Below, in pieces: positions 1-8,992 of a stretch of 64,000 nt of DNA. The stretch's first letter is position 1, and every line of letters starts with the position of its first letter. Source of the DNA: a virus; the IMG/VR virus record IMGVR_UViG_3300031417_000380, one strand, 5' to 3'. Both the position numbers and the translations under genes were made by a program. The notes under the pieces were generated by a model. It searched no databases and was not told the origin of the DNA. It saw only the letters and a program-made list of their open reading frames with translations.

Positions 1-116
1 ATCGCACCTCAGGTCCGGTGGTACTGCGTGCTAAGGTGGGCGCTAGTCTAGCTCTCATCGAGGCGTAGGTCTAACTGGGTACCATAGCTCAAATCATCAC
101 TCGGTAGGAGACACTC

Positions 117-659
117 ATGGAAAACCCGCTGGAATGGACGCAGGCTGAGAAGATCATTCATCAGGCTTCGCGTAAGTGGGAAGAGGGCCGAGAGCGCGGC
201 GTTGTCGGATTCTCTCGCGTAAAGATGATCTCTCTCGCTCTTCAGGAAGCAGGGCTACTTCTCGATGAGCCTATGGGTAAGCCGGCTCCTGAGCTAGCTA
301 AGCCGGCACTCCCGAACTTCATGGTACTCGAAGACCTAGAGAAGAACTTTGGTTTCACTGAGATTGAGGTCGATCAGGCAGTGGCGGAGGGTCTTATCCT
401 TCGCTTGGAGACCAGCTCAAAATTCCTCTACCCTGCTGCACAGTTCGATGAGCTTGGCGCTACACCGGAGGAGTTGCCGGCGGTACTCGCGATGCTCGAG
501 CGGTTCTTCGGAAGTAAGGATGGATGGGCGGCGAGTTACTGGCTCACCGGTCAGTTCGAGCACAAGGCTGAGGGCCCCACTCGCTTTGAGCACCTCAGAG
601 CACACGGTGCGACAGCGGTTCTTGCGGAGATCGCAAAGGCCATCGGTGCGAACAAGTGA
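117..659 (+). CDS. Rv2175c-like DNA-binding protein (paralog 1 of 4)
   Basis: SD GGAG; motif LILRL..FLYPAAQF..LPAVL..GWAASYWL, shared with 11069, 38610 and the C-terminus of 7726. Confidence 0.6.
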   Translation: MENPLEWTQAEKIIHQASRKWEEGRERGVVGFSRVKMISLALQEAGLLLDEPMGKPAPELAKPALPNFMVLEDLEKNFGFTEIEVDQAVAEGLILRLETSSKFLYPAAQFDELGATPEELPAVLAMLERFFGSKDGWAASYWLTGQFEHKAEGPTRFEHLRAHGATAVLAEIAKAIGANK

Positions 660-982
660 ACCTCTCTAAGCGTCGTCTCTCGTTACGAGCTCTTTTAGCC
701 ACCGTTATCGCTTTAGTAGCACCGTTCGTACTCCTACTTGTCTTTTCGCTAACGGCTAAGATCGTGGCAGCTAGCGGCCCGTTCGACGGACCTTTCGTGG
801 CGTGGGGCGTGTCAGCCTTGTTCCTTGTGCTATCGGTCTTGTGCTTCCTTAGCGTTATCGCTTTTCCGATCGCCTGCGTAGCTTTTTACTACCAGCTGTT
901 TATGCTTTTCGTCGCACCAAATAAGTCTGTGGCTCTTACAGCTCCGGCTCCTGGGCTCATGAACTTACAGAAGCCGGAGTAG
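656..982 (+). CDS. small membrane protein (2 TM)
   Basis: GTGA overlap with upstream stop; two long hydrophobic segments. Confidence 0.6.
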   Translation: MNLSKRRLSLRALLATVIALVAPFVLLLVFSLTAKIVAASGPFDGPFVAWGVSALFLVLSVLCFLSVIAFPIACVAFYYQLFMLFVAPNKSVALTAPAPGLMNLQKPE

Positions 983-1006
983 ACTGAATAGGTGTATGAT
1001 CGCTTT

Positions 1007-1375
1007 ATGACGACAGATCACGACCAGCTTGCCGAAGCAACGCTCGAGCTCTCTATCCAGGAGCTTCTTAGCGGTACTCGAGAGATGCTCGGTGCAAGGC
1101 TTACGGCCTACATCGCCGGCGTGAAGACCACAGGCCAGATCTCAAGCTGGATCGCGGAGGAGTCGCCTGACCTTACCGACGCGCAGCTTCGACGCTTGAG
1201 GCTCGCCTACGTTGTGGCTGCAGCGCTCGTCAACCGTGAGGGTAAGGCCACAACGCAGAGCTGGTTCATGGGGCTCAATCCGGTGCTCGGTGATGTTGCT
1301 CCGGCTCGGCTCATCGTGGAAACCGACGGACGTGACTCGGCTAGCTTGATGCACGCTCTCTTCGACATGCACTGA
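1007..1375 (+). CDS. Xre/MbcA/ParS-like antitoxin-type HTH protein
   Basis: LGARLTAYIAGV..ISSW..RLRLAY..QSWFMGLNPVLGDVAPARLI; ATG 6 nt after TATGAT (995-1000). Confidence 0.6.
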   Translation: MTTDHDQLAEATLELSIQELLSGTREMLGARLTAYIAGVKTTGQISSWIAEESPDLTDAQLRRLRLAYVVAAALVNREGKATTQSWFMGLNPVLGDVAPARLIVETDGRDSASLMHALFDMH

Positions 1376-1381
1376 TTTTTG

Positions 1382-1410
1382 TTGTGCATGCTTTGAGCGT
1401 GTGATACCAT
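1382..1410 (+). promoter_or_regulatory. SigA-type promoter, leaderless
   Basis: TTGTGC-17-TACCAT-7-ATG. Confidence 0.7.
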
Positions 1411-1417
1411 CAATGCT

Positions 1418-1561
1418 ATGACGATCTCAATCTCTTACGACACCAGCGGCTCCATCGACCAGAAGACTTACGCCAAGGCCCTTCGTGCGGTGGAGAACCA
1501 CCGACTCCCCGAGGTTAAGAACCGTGCACAGCGGCGCGCTGAAGCTCGGAACGGTCGCTGA
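1418..1561 (+). CDS. 47-aa hypothetical protein (not in ORF track)
   Basis: Leaderless ATG 7 nt after TACCAT; MTISISYDTSGSIDQKTYAKALRAVENHRLPEVKNRAQRRAEARNGR. Confidence 0.6.
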   Translation: MTISISYDTSGSIDQKTYAKALRAVENHRLPEVKNRAQRRAEARNGR

Positions 1562-1563
1562 TC

Positions 1564-1965
1564 ATGACCACCACAAGTGCAGCGATCTACAACGCTGAAG
1601 ACGGAAGCTCGGTGTTGGTGAGCGTCCACGGTGAGCCGAACGTCATCGTGCCGGCTCTTCAGAAGATCATCGTCGGCGGTCGCCTCGCTGAGTTCATGGC
1701 ACACGGTGACTACTGGCAGGTGCTTGCTCACGATGACCTCTCGGATGAGTTCGGTACTCCTGCTCCTGGCCTCGGCATCGTGAACGAGCGCCCGGTGGCC
1801 CCCGCCTATGCAACGGCTCCCGAGGGTGGAGCTGCACCGCGGTTCTTCACTTCCTTCGGCAGCGAGATCGAGGTCGACCAGAAGTACGCGGTGATCGACG
1901 GCAAGATTGCTATCTATCCTCGCGGCAACTTCACCTATCCCACCAAGCACGTCACGATCAAGTAA
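1564..1965 (+). CDS. hypothetical protein, family B copy 1
   Basis: Aligns with 6061-6417 (TxAAIxN..V..xGxP....KxIIxxGxLxExxxHGDY); high GC3. Confidence 0.8.
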   Translation: MTTTSAAIYNAEDGSSVLVSVHGEPNVIVPALQKIIVGGRLAEFMAHGDYWQVLAHDDLSDEFGTPAPGLGIVNERPVAPAYATAPEGGAAPRFFTSFGSEIEVDQKYAVIDGKIAIYPRGNFTYPTKHVTIK

Positions 1966-1974
1966 GGATCTATC

Positions 1975-2580
1975 GTGGATGTTTTCGTAACCGTAAGACA
2001 CCCTGTGACGAAGGTTCTCAACGATTATCTCGAGGCCGTTTTCGGCAAAAGGGTCTACGACAAGAAGCCTGCACCTATGTCGGTTCGTACTGCGGCAAAG
2101 GAAGTTCTACAATCGGTTCCCAGACTTACTCCGCACGGCGAGTTTGTCGTCAAGGACTGCAAGCTGGACAAGGGTTGGAGCGAGCTTGAAACTCTCTCTA
2201 AGCAGCACCTCACGGAAGAAGAAGCCCAGAAGCTGGATGCGGCGAGAGTAGATCTTGAGCGCGCCATCGAGATCTACGGTGCTTCAGAGAACGAAGATAC
2301 CTCAGCTGCCCAGCGTTTGACCAAGCTTATTCTCGGCGCAACTCACGCTGTTTCGTTCTTGCCGGACGTAAAGCTTGAATATCTCGTCACTGAGCTGATC
2401 AGTTCTCGTGACCGGTTCTTGAAGACCGCCGCTAAAGCTGAACTAAAGACGTTCATCAACGATGCTGAGACCCTCCTGGACGACCCGAAGGCGATGCGAA
2501 TGTTCTTCGATCTTCGACGTAAGAATGATCTTCCGGCGGTTAAGCTCTTGCTAGCCGAACTTAAGGCTAAGCTAGACTAA
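1975..2580 (+). CDS. alpha-helical hypothetical protein (short relative of family C?)
   Basis: SD AAGGA, GTG start; 201 aa helical composition. Confidence 0.75.
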   Translation: MDVFVTVRHPVTKVLNDYLEAVFGKRVYDKKPAPMSVRTAAKEVLQSVPRLTPHGEFVVKDCKLDKGWSELETLSKQHLTEEEAQKLDAARVDLERAIEIYGASENEDTSAAQRLTKLILGATHAVSFLPDVKLEYLVTELISSRDRFLKTAAKAELKTFINDAETLLDDPKAMRMFFDLRRKNDLPAVKLLLAELKAKLD

Positions 2581-2597
2581 CTCATCTGACTTATGTG

Positions 2598-2626
2598 TTG
2601 ACAGTTTCGATAAACCGATGTAGCGT
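2598..2626 (+). promoter_or_regulatory. SigA-type promoter
   Basis: TTGACA-17-TAGCGT. Confidence 0.8.
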
Positions 2627-2669
2627 TAGCTACGTACTCAAGCTCGCATCGAACGTCAGGACTCACATC

Positions 2670-2960
2670 ATGCGTAAGGTCAACACCAGCTACAAGGCAA
2701 ACGGCCTCCGTCGCGCTTCGGAGCGCTACAAGGCAGTGCGCTCCATGCTGGTGCGAGTGGAGCTTCGAAGCGTCGCCACCGGTGAGGTGACCTACCGCAG
2801 CCACGTCATGCACGGTCGCCTCGGTTGGAAGACCTTCTTCGCAACCATCGAAAAGGTGTCACGCGATGAGTTCTGGGTTGACCTCGTGCTCTACAGCCTG
2901 AGCGACGGCCGACGTTCTTGCCGTCTTGAGGTGGCCAGCAGCGAGATCGAGAACTACTAA
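2670..2960 (+). CDS. hypothetical protein (96 aa)
   Basis: ATG after AGGA, downstream of promoter 2598-2626; high GC3. Confidence 0.75.
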   Translation: MRKVNTSYKANGLRRASERYKAVRSMLVRVELRSVATGEVTYRSHVMHGRLGWKTFFATIEKVSRDEFWVDLVLYSLSDGRRSCRLEVASSEIENY

Positions 2961-2967
2961 TCTCGCA

Positions 2968-3006
2968 TCTGCGGGCCTGTCATTTTCGTGTTGACAGGCC
3001 CGCAGA
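2968..3006 (+). terminator. intrinsic terminator hairpin
   Basis: 15-bp perfect inverted repeat, 9-nt loop. Confidence 0.7.
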
Positions 3007-3018
3007 GTAGTGTAAGAT
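2991..3018 (+). promoter_or_regulatory. SigA-type promoter, -35 in hairpin arm
   Basis: TTGACA-16-TAAGAT. Confidence 0.75.
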
Positions 3019-3053
3019 CGCATTAACGTAATCGTAGAACAAAGGATGCTCTC

Positions 3054-3656
3054 GTGAACGCAGTACTGGTCTCGCTCGAGAACCCGGTCGACCGGGCTCT
3101 TATCCACGTGCTTGAGACGCTCGTCGTGGCGAGCAGGTCCTACGGCCGCACGATGCTTGACGACTCGCGCACGGCCTCAAAGATCTTTCTGAGGAAGCTT
3201 TACACTGACCTCTCCGATAAGAAAGCGCTTTCTTTCGACTCAACAGTCCTCTCCGCCGCTGCTGATGCTTTTCTGATGGATTTACCGGCTAACCTGCCTT
3301 TGGAGGTGCGGGCAAAGGTGAACGAGAAGCTGCAGATCGTGCTTGATGAGCAGGCTCGCTACGTTGCTCACCGTACGGACTCAACTGTGAAGGCTCAGCT
3401 TTTGAGCCTCAACCTCTTGTGTGCTGGCCTTCTCGAGTTCCTCGATCCCAGGCATGAGGCGGAGCTTCAGCGTGTGGTCGAACTGCGCGATGCTTATGTG
3501 CTCAACCCGACTCGTGAGACTCTCGCTGAGTACCTCGAAGCCGTTGAGAAGCGTTTCGACATCGACGCACCTAGCTACAACGTCACTCCTGGGCGAGAGG
3601 GTTGGCTTCAGAAAGCTGAAAAGCTCTACGACGAGCTTGCTAAGGAGCTTCAGTAG
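3054..3656 (+). CDS. alpha-helical hypothetical protein (short relative of family C?)
   Basis: SD AAGGA, GTG start; ETLAEYLEAVE resembles the family C LxxY(I/L)xxxE motif. Confidence 0.75.
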   Translation: MNAVLVSLENPVDRALIHVLETLVVASRSYGRTMLDDSRTASKIFLRKLYTDLSDKKALSFDSTVLSAAADAFLMDLPANLPLEVRAKVNEKLQIVLDEQARYVAHRTDSTVKAQLLSLNLLCAGLLEFLDPRHEAELQRVVELRDAYVLNPTRETLAEYLEAVEKRFDIDAPSYNVTPGREGWLQKAEKLYDELAKELQ

Positions 3657-3657
3657 A

Positions 3658-4809
3658 ATGAAGTTTCTCTCCACGAACGAAGCTGCTGTGCGATCATTTA
3701 CGAAGAGGATCGCAGCTTCGGTAAGTGATAGTGACCGTCCAGCTGTGGTCGCAGCACTAGAGGGGTTGGTGACTACTTACTTCTCCGGCGAAAAGGGCTT
3801 CAACGTGGCCGCGCCGATAGCTACACGATTTGCTGTGAAGGTCACTGAACTGGTCTCACCTTCCGGCTGGCCCTCCGATGCGGTGAAGACTGCTCGAACC
3901 AGCTTCATTGCCGGCTTCGCAGGTCCGGAGAACGTGCGTTTCTCGCCAGCTCAGCACTTCCGTACTCTCGTCGACGGTCGAAGCGAGCTCAACGCCAGTA
4001 ACTCCCTAGAGGGCCGTTTCGCGGTTCTAATGATGCTTCGTGATTCTGTTGAGCTCACGCGCGAAATTGAGAACGTCAGGAAGCCGCTCAAACTGTATCT
4101 AACGGCGGCTGAACTTCTCACCTATGACGATGAATACCTGGCCACGTTCGGCCGTGAGACAGCTGCTCAGGCTGTTCTAGAAGGTGAGCGCTTGCTCCTT
4201 GGGCTTCCGCCTGTCCGTAACTTTGAGAACGGCTTCTACAAGAACTACCACCCGCTCTACTTAGGCGTGGCCGCGTTTGATCGAGTCATGCGGCTCAATG
4301 CGCCCCTTCCAAAGCACATCGCGCTTCAGCTTAGCACTCATATCCGAAACTTTTACGCACTGAGCCAAAGTCTACCGGAAAGCCCAGGTGCTATTCCGGA
4401 TCAAGCAAGCAAGAAGATCGTTGATGCTATACTTGCTCTCACACCGGAGGCTAGTAAGGAGTGGATTCAAGAAGTCAAGGTTCTTGGTGATGCGTTTGAC
4501 GCTGAAGCTCGCTCTATAAGAGATGGTTTAAACCGCTACAGCTTGTTAGCTCACAGCCACTTCTTTGAGTTCGTCCGGTGTGCGCGTCCTCACAAAGACT
4601 ATCTGGTGGTCAACGTCTGCAATCAGCTCGAGGAAGCTAAGAACAAGGTCTTCGACGCTGAGACACTCGTGAAATACATCGAAGAAGCAGCTCGGGCACT
4701 TGAGCTCGTCGGTCTGGAGAAGCTTCTTGCTCATCCGCTTAATGGTAAGAAACTCCAGGCCATCACTACCGAACTCGAGGTCGCAGTTATCCTTGACCAG
4801 GTCGTCTAG
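3658..4809 (+). CDS. family C helical protein copy 1 (383 aa)
   Basis: ATG 1 nt after upstream stop; LVDGRSELNASNSLEGRF motif. Confidence 0.8.
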   Translation: MKFLSTNEAAVRSFTKRIAASVSDSDRPAVVAALEGLVTTYFSGEKGFNVAAPIATRFAVKVTELVSPSGWPSDAVKTARTSFIAGFAGPENVRFSPAQHFRTLVDGRSELNASNSLEGRFAVLMMLRDSVELTREIENVRKPLKLYLTAAELLTYDDEYLATFGRETAAQAVLEGERLLLGLPPVRNFENGFYKNYHPLYLGVAAFDRVMRLNAPLPKHIALQLSTHIRNFYALSQSLPESPGAIPDQASKKIVDAILALTPEASKEWIQEVKVLGDAFDAEARSIRDGLNRYSLLAHSHFFEFVRCARPHKDYLVVNVCNQLEEAKNKVFDAETLVKYIEEAARALELVGLEKLLAHPLNGKKLQAITTELEVAVILDQVV

Positions 4810-4859
4810 CCCATGTCACTAGACATCGATTTCATCTGCCGAAGGATCTGAGAATTACC

Positions 4860-6017
4860 GTGCGCTTCACGAATCCCTACGTCTCGCTCATCGAGAACTT
4901 TACCAGCGAGCTACTCGACGAGATCCCAGAGCAGTGGAAGCCCGCCGCAAGCTCAAAGCTTTCCGAGCTCTCAAAGTCGATTATCCCGACGGAGGGATTC
5001 GTAGGCTTCGCCGGCCTTAAAGAGGCGACTATGGCAAACTTTACCTCAGACGTTCGCCAGTTCGTTGAGGTGCCGTATCTGGGAAGTACCACCGATGCTA
5101 GCCGTAAAATCTCGATGACTTTCGCAAGGCTTAATCGTGACCGTCGGAGGCATTTCGTCGGCTGGCTCATCAATCCGGTTGAACATTTTGCTCTTCTCGT
5201 GGACAATCGGAGCGAGCTTGATTGTAGCCCCAAGCTTGAAGCTCGTCTTGCGGAGTTAGAGGCTCTACGCTATCAGACTTGGGCTTCGAACGGCCGTTCG
5301 CTCTCGCCGTATCTAAAGCTCTCGTCAAAGATCGTAGAGAGTAAGGAGTATCGCAGGCTTTTCGGTGTAGACCACCTGGCTCGAGCTCGAGTCGCTAACG
5401 ATCAGCTTCCGCTCGCTCTTCCGCCCAGCCGAAACGTTATTCGTGGGCAGTATCTGCGGAGGAACCCTCTTCAAGAGGAGAGTGACGAGCTGTCAGAAAT
5501 TCTCTCATACGTTGAGGTGCCGAGCAAAAGCGCGAAAAAAGTTGCTTCAGCGACTGCTGATTTCTTTGATTCGGTTGAGGATAACTCTTTTGCTGAGCTT
5601 AAGGCTTCAGCCGTCGGCGAGTGTGCAGAGCTTGTGCTCAGCGCTGGTCACGTAAGCTCTCAGTCTAGGGAAGCAAGACTCGTACGCAGCGCGGTAGCCC
5701 GGTTCGAGCGTAAACTTGAGTCGCTTCAGGCGGGGCTCAATAGCTACTCAGCCGCCGCGAACAAGCATTTTAGTGTTCTGGAGCGTGTAATGCGCCCGTG
5801 GTCGGACACCATAAAGATCAACGTCTTGAATGTAATCGGAGAGTCTGTAGCTCTGGCTAACACCCCTAAGGGCCTTCAACATTATCTTGACAAGTTCGAG
5901 TACATGCTTTGTGTCGCAGGCCTTGAAAGCTTTCTAGCTAGCACTTCGGGTAACGAAGAGCTGTACCGGCTCACAGCCCGACTCGAGGCCACCGCCATGA
6001 TTGACTCAGCAATCTGA
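4860..6017 (+). CDS. family C helical protein copy 2 (385 aa)
   Basis: LVDNRSELDCSPKLEARL motif; similar length and C-terminus to copies 1 and 3. Confidence 0.8.
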   Translation: MRFTNPYVSLIENFTSELLDEIPEQWKPAASSKLSELSKSIIPTEGFVGFAGLKEATMANFTSDVRQFVEVPYLGSTTDASRKISMTFARLNRDRRRHFVGWLINPVEHFALLVDNRSELDCSPKLEARLAELEALRYQTWASNGRSLSPYLKLSSKIVESKEYRRLFGVDHLARARVANDQLPLALPPSRNVIRGQYLRRNPLQEESDELSEILSYVEVPSKSAKKVASATADFFDSVEDNSFAELKASAVGECAELVLSAGHVSSQSREARLVRSAVARFERKLESLQAGLNSYSAAANKHFSVLERVMRPWSDTIKINVLNVIGESVALANTPKGLQHYLDKFEYMLCVAGLESFLASTSGNEELYRLTARLEATAMIDSAI

Positions 6018-6025
6018 TTTCCGTT

Positions 6026-6054
6026 TTGTGATAGCTGTCACATGATGTTAGCAT
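6026..6054 (+). promoter_or_regulatory. SigA-type promoter, leaderless
   Basis: TTGTGA-17-TAGCAT-6-ATG. Confidence 0.7.
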
Positions 6055-6060
6055 GACCTC

Positions 6061-6417
6061 ATGGCAACCACAGCTGCAATCCACAACCAGGCTACCGATC
6101 AGGCGATCTACGTCGCCACCAGCGGTGACCCGGCCAACGTCGAAGCGAACATCAAGCGCATCATCGCCGCTGGCAAGCTCGACGAACTCTTCTCTCACGG
6201 CGACTACTACACGCTGAACATCAACACCAACGCGATCCGCAAGTTCGTCGTGGATGGCGTCGGCGAGCTCCTCGAGGAGCAGGGAAGCCGCATGACGGTG
6301 AGCTACGACCCGAGGACTCAGGCACCGTTCTTCTCCGACGGGGACAAGCTGGTGCAGGTCAACCACAAGTACGCCATCACTCCTGCCGGCGAGCTGGTCA
6401 CTTACCACCGGTACTGA
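6061..6417 (+). CDS. hypothetical protein, family B copy 2
   Basis: Leaderless ATG; similar to 1564-1965. Confidence 0.8.
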   Translation: MATTAAIHNQATDQAIYVATSGDPANVEANIKRIIAAGKLDELFSHGDYYTLNINTNAIRKFVVDGVGELLEEQGSRMTVSYDPRTQAPFFSDGDKLVQVNHKYAITPAGELVTYHRY

Positions 6418-6419
6418 TC

Positions 6420-7613
6420 ATGGATCTGCGAAGCCCTTTCATCACGCTGACTGAAGCCTACTATCGCGAGGCTTTGGAGCTGCTCCCCGCCCATAGTCGA
6501 TTCTCCGTCAGGTCCGCTCTCTACGCCGTTCACGAGTGTCTTCAGACTTACGGGTCGCAGGTCTCGTCACTCGGTGTCAGAACTAACTTCGCAAGCGACT
6601 TTGCGGCTCGCTTGATGGAGCGAGCGAGGTACCTTACCAGCGGGAGAACGTACTACGATCTGAACAAGCTTAGCGATGGCTTCGTCAGAGATTACTTCGG
6701 CCTTCGTGATGGTATCGAGGCCCGAGGCGGCGAGCCTGGCCGCGCAAAGACATTCTTCAAGCTGTTCGAAGAGTGTGTTGATTCTCATGAGTCCGTCGAA
6801 GCGAGTACTCGACTTGAATCGCAGCTTAACGAGTTCATGGCTCGTCGTGACAACGTTGCTCTTCCCCACAGCCTTAGGCTCGAGGATCTGAAGGCGTACC
6901 GAAGAGTTACTGACGAGCTCTTCGCCGATGCTGAGTTCGCTAGGGCCTTCGGGCACACCGAAGAAAAGCTTGAGCTTCTGCGAGCTGAGAACACCAGGCT
7001 AATCGAAGAGCTTGAGATTGATCTTGCTCCGGTGCACAACCTGATTGACGGGCAGTACCGTATTCCAAACCTTTACCGAGAGCTTGTCCAAAACTTTACG
7101 ATCAAGAGCGCTGAACTCGTCACTGATCGCTCGAAGTACGCTACTGTGCGTAACGCCATCATCGCGTTTAGTGTTCTCTTCTCGAAGCTCGGGCGCCGGT
7201 ATACTGTTCAGACTATTGCTTCTGCTGTAGAAAGTCTGAGTCGCGAGCTCGTTACTATCGGCGGGGTTAACCAACTCAAGATTGATTCTCTGGCGCAACA
7301 GTATCTAAGTGACATCCAGTGGCTGAACGACTTCGAGACCCAGCTTCGTGCCGGAGTCGATGACCATTTCACTTCAGTTTGCGAGATCTTCGGCGCGAAC
7401 GAAAAGGCGAAGCAGCTTCAGCTGGACAAGCTCGATCTTCTCCGTCTACAAGTCAGGGATTCTAACTCTCTACTGCGGTACATCGCCGGGTACGAAGTTC
7501 TTGTCAAGCACCAAAGCTTCGCTGATGTTGGCCAGGAGGCTAAACGAAAGCTCGGGAATACTCTCGATCAGCTTGAGGTGGTAGCGATGGAACAGGAGCT
7601 CGAAGAGGCGTAA
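6420..7613 (+). CDS. family C helical protein copy 3 (397 aa)
   Basis: CVDSHESVEASTRLESQL motif; ends LDQLEVVAMEQELEEA. Confidence 0.8.
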   Translation: MDLRSPFITLTEAYYREALELLPAHSRFSVRSALYAVHECLQTYGSQVSSLGVRTNFASDFAARLMERARYLTSGRTYYDLNKLSDGFVRDYFGLRDGIEARGGEPGRAKTFFKLFEECVDSHESVEASTRLESQLNEFMARRDNVALPHSLRLEDLKAYRRVTDELFADAEFARAFGHTEEKLELLRAENTRLIEELEIDLAPVHNLIDGQYRIPNLYRELVQNFTIKSAELVTDRSKYATVRNAIIAFSVLFSKLGRRYTVQTIASAVESLSRELVTIGGVNQLKIDSLAQQYLSDIQWLNDFETQLRAGVDDHFTSVCEIFGANEKAKQLQLDKLDLLRLQVRDSNSLLRYIAGYEVLVKHQSFADVGQEAKRKLGNTLDQLEVVAMEQELEEA

Positions 7614-7642
7614 GCTGCAGATGCTGTAGATCCGATTCTAAG

Positions 7643-7680
7643 ACGGCGCCGTGTAACCACATTCGGTTACACGGCGCCGT
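7643..7680. terminator. bidirectional terminator
   Basis: 16-bp perfect inverted repeat between convergent genes. Confidence 0.8.
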
Positions 7681-7725
7681 TGTTTAGTACTGTCTAAGCG
7701 GCTGGCTTAGCCGAAGAGCCTTGAC

Positions 7726-8883
7726 TCAACCGGCCTTGCGCAGAAGCTCGATCACTCGCTCAGGAGCCTCTCCGGCGATGAGCCACTCTCGAGGGCTCTG
7801 CACCTTATCGTTGACGAGGAGCTCTGTGTTGTGGCTGTTGAAGAAGAGGTACGCATCCACCGGCTCCCACGAAGCGGGGATAGCCGCGACGATTGACGAA
7901 AGCTCCGGAAGTACGTCGCTAGCGGTAAACTGCCACTTCGGATAGCGTCGCGCACGACCTACCGTGAAGAAGTAGAGCTCTCCAGCCTGAGCCTTAGCCG
8001 TGAGCTTGTTCACGGAAAGACCGAGTCGCTCAGCAGCATCCTTAGAGCTAAATGTGGAACGGGAAGCTTCAGTGACAGCCTGGCCACGTTCGTAGTTGTC
8101 GCTCACGGTGGTGTCCTCTTCCTGGTCGAGGTCAACGACCTTCATATCGGCCAGGTTAGCTCCACCGGCTAGTAGGGTTGCCGCAGCTACAGCTGTCGAG
8201 GTGCGTCCGCTACCGCCTTTTGACCCGGTGACCGAGATCACCTTGCCCTCGTCCTCTGCAAGCGCCGCATTACGATCCTCCTGAGAGTAACCGGCGAACG
8301 AGCCTGAGCGAGTAGCAGCCACGTACTGACTCATGGAGTTGAGTACGTTCTCGGCACCGCCGGCGGTGGCCGCGAAGGTGATGGCTGAGTGCTCGGGAAT
8401 GTTGAACTGCTTAGCAGTGAGCACAGCGTCCTGGTTCGCACCGATGAACGTGAAGTCCCACGAGTAGACCTCGCGCTGGTGCTTGATTCGATCAGCAAGG
8501 CCTTCGATGGTGATCTCAGTCGAGCTGTTCTCCTGGCCGTCCGTGGCGATCACGAAGATCACGTGGCTGGGACGCTCGTGCTCCGGCATAGCCCCTAGCG
8601 CACGACCGAACGAGTCGATCTTCAGGCCAACAGCGTCGTAGAGTGCGGTCATGCCGCGTGGTCGAAGTTCGAGGTCAAGCTTTTCCTCGTGTGGGTTCAC
8701 AAACGAAGCGCGCTGTTCCACCTTGTCATCGAAGAACGTGGTGTCGATGGTGATGTGGCCGGGCTCGTGGATCTGCTTCTGGACGAACTCTTCGAGAGTG
8801 TCCTGAACTGATTTTGCGATGGTCGACATAGAACCGGAACGGTCTACGACGAGCACCACCGCGGTGTAGTCTTCTCTGGGCAT
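7726..8883 (-). CDS. vWA domain + degenerate ParA-like N-terminal fragment + Rv2175c-like HTH fusion
   Basis: MIDAS DRSGS, TALYDA, TDGQEN; KVISVTGSKGGSGRTS..VVDLD; C-terminal DAAERLGL..RYPKWQF; SD AAGGAGG. Confidence 0.75.
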   Translation of the reverse strand: MPREDYTAVVLVVDRSGSMSTIAKSVQDTLEEFVQKQIHEPGHITIDTTFFDDKVEQRASFVNPHEEKLDLELRPRGMTALYDAVGLKIDSFGRALGAMPEHERPSHVIFVIATDGQENSSTEITIEGLADRIKHQREVYSWDFTFIGANQDAVLTAKQFNIPEHSAITFAATAGGAENVLNSMSQYVAATRSGSFAGYSQEDRNAALAEDEGKVISVTGSKGGSGRTSTAVAAATLLAGGANLADMKVVDLDQEEDTTVSDNYERGQAVTEASRSTFSSKDAAERLGLSVNKLTAKAQAGELYFFTVGRARRYPKWQFTASDVLPELSSIVAAIPASWEPVDAYLFFNSHNTELLVNDKVQSPREWLIAGEAPERVIELLRKAG

Positions 8884-8992
8884 AGAAGCCTCCTTAAACA
8901 GACGGAGAAGTGTAAAAAGTCGTTCGCCGTAAGTCTATCGGCTATCACTTGATTCTGATTACCTGTCGCGGAGCCTGACTATCAGGTGTATC

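Noticed and set aside
3421-3657. N-terminal extension of the 462-aa ORF
   Set aside because: It overlaps gene 3054-3656; ATG 3658 gives 383 aa, matching its paralogs.
7726-8883. Functional ParA partition ATPase
   Set aside because: Only about 45 aa of the ParA N-terminus are present, the Walker A Lys is replaced by Arg, and there is no parB or parS nearby.
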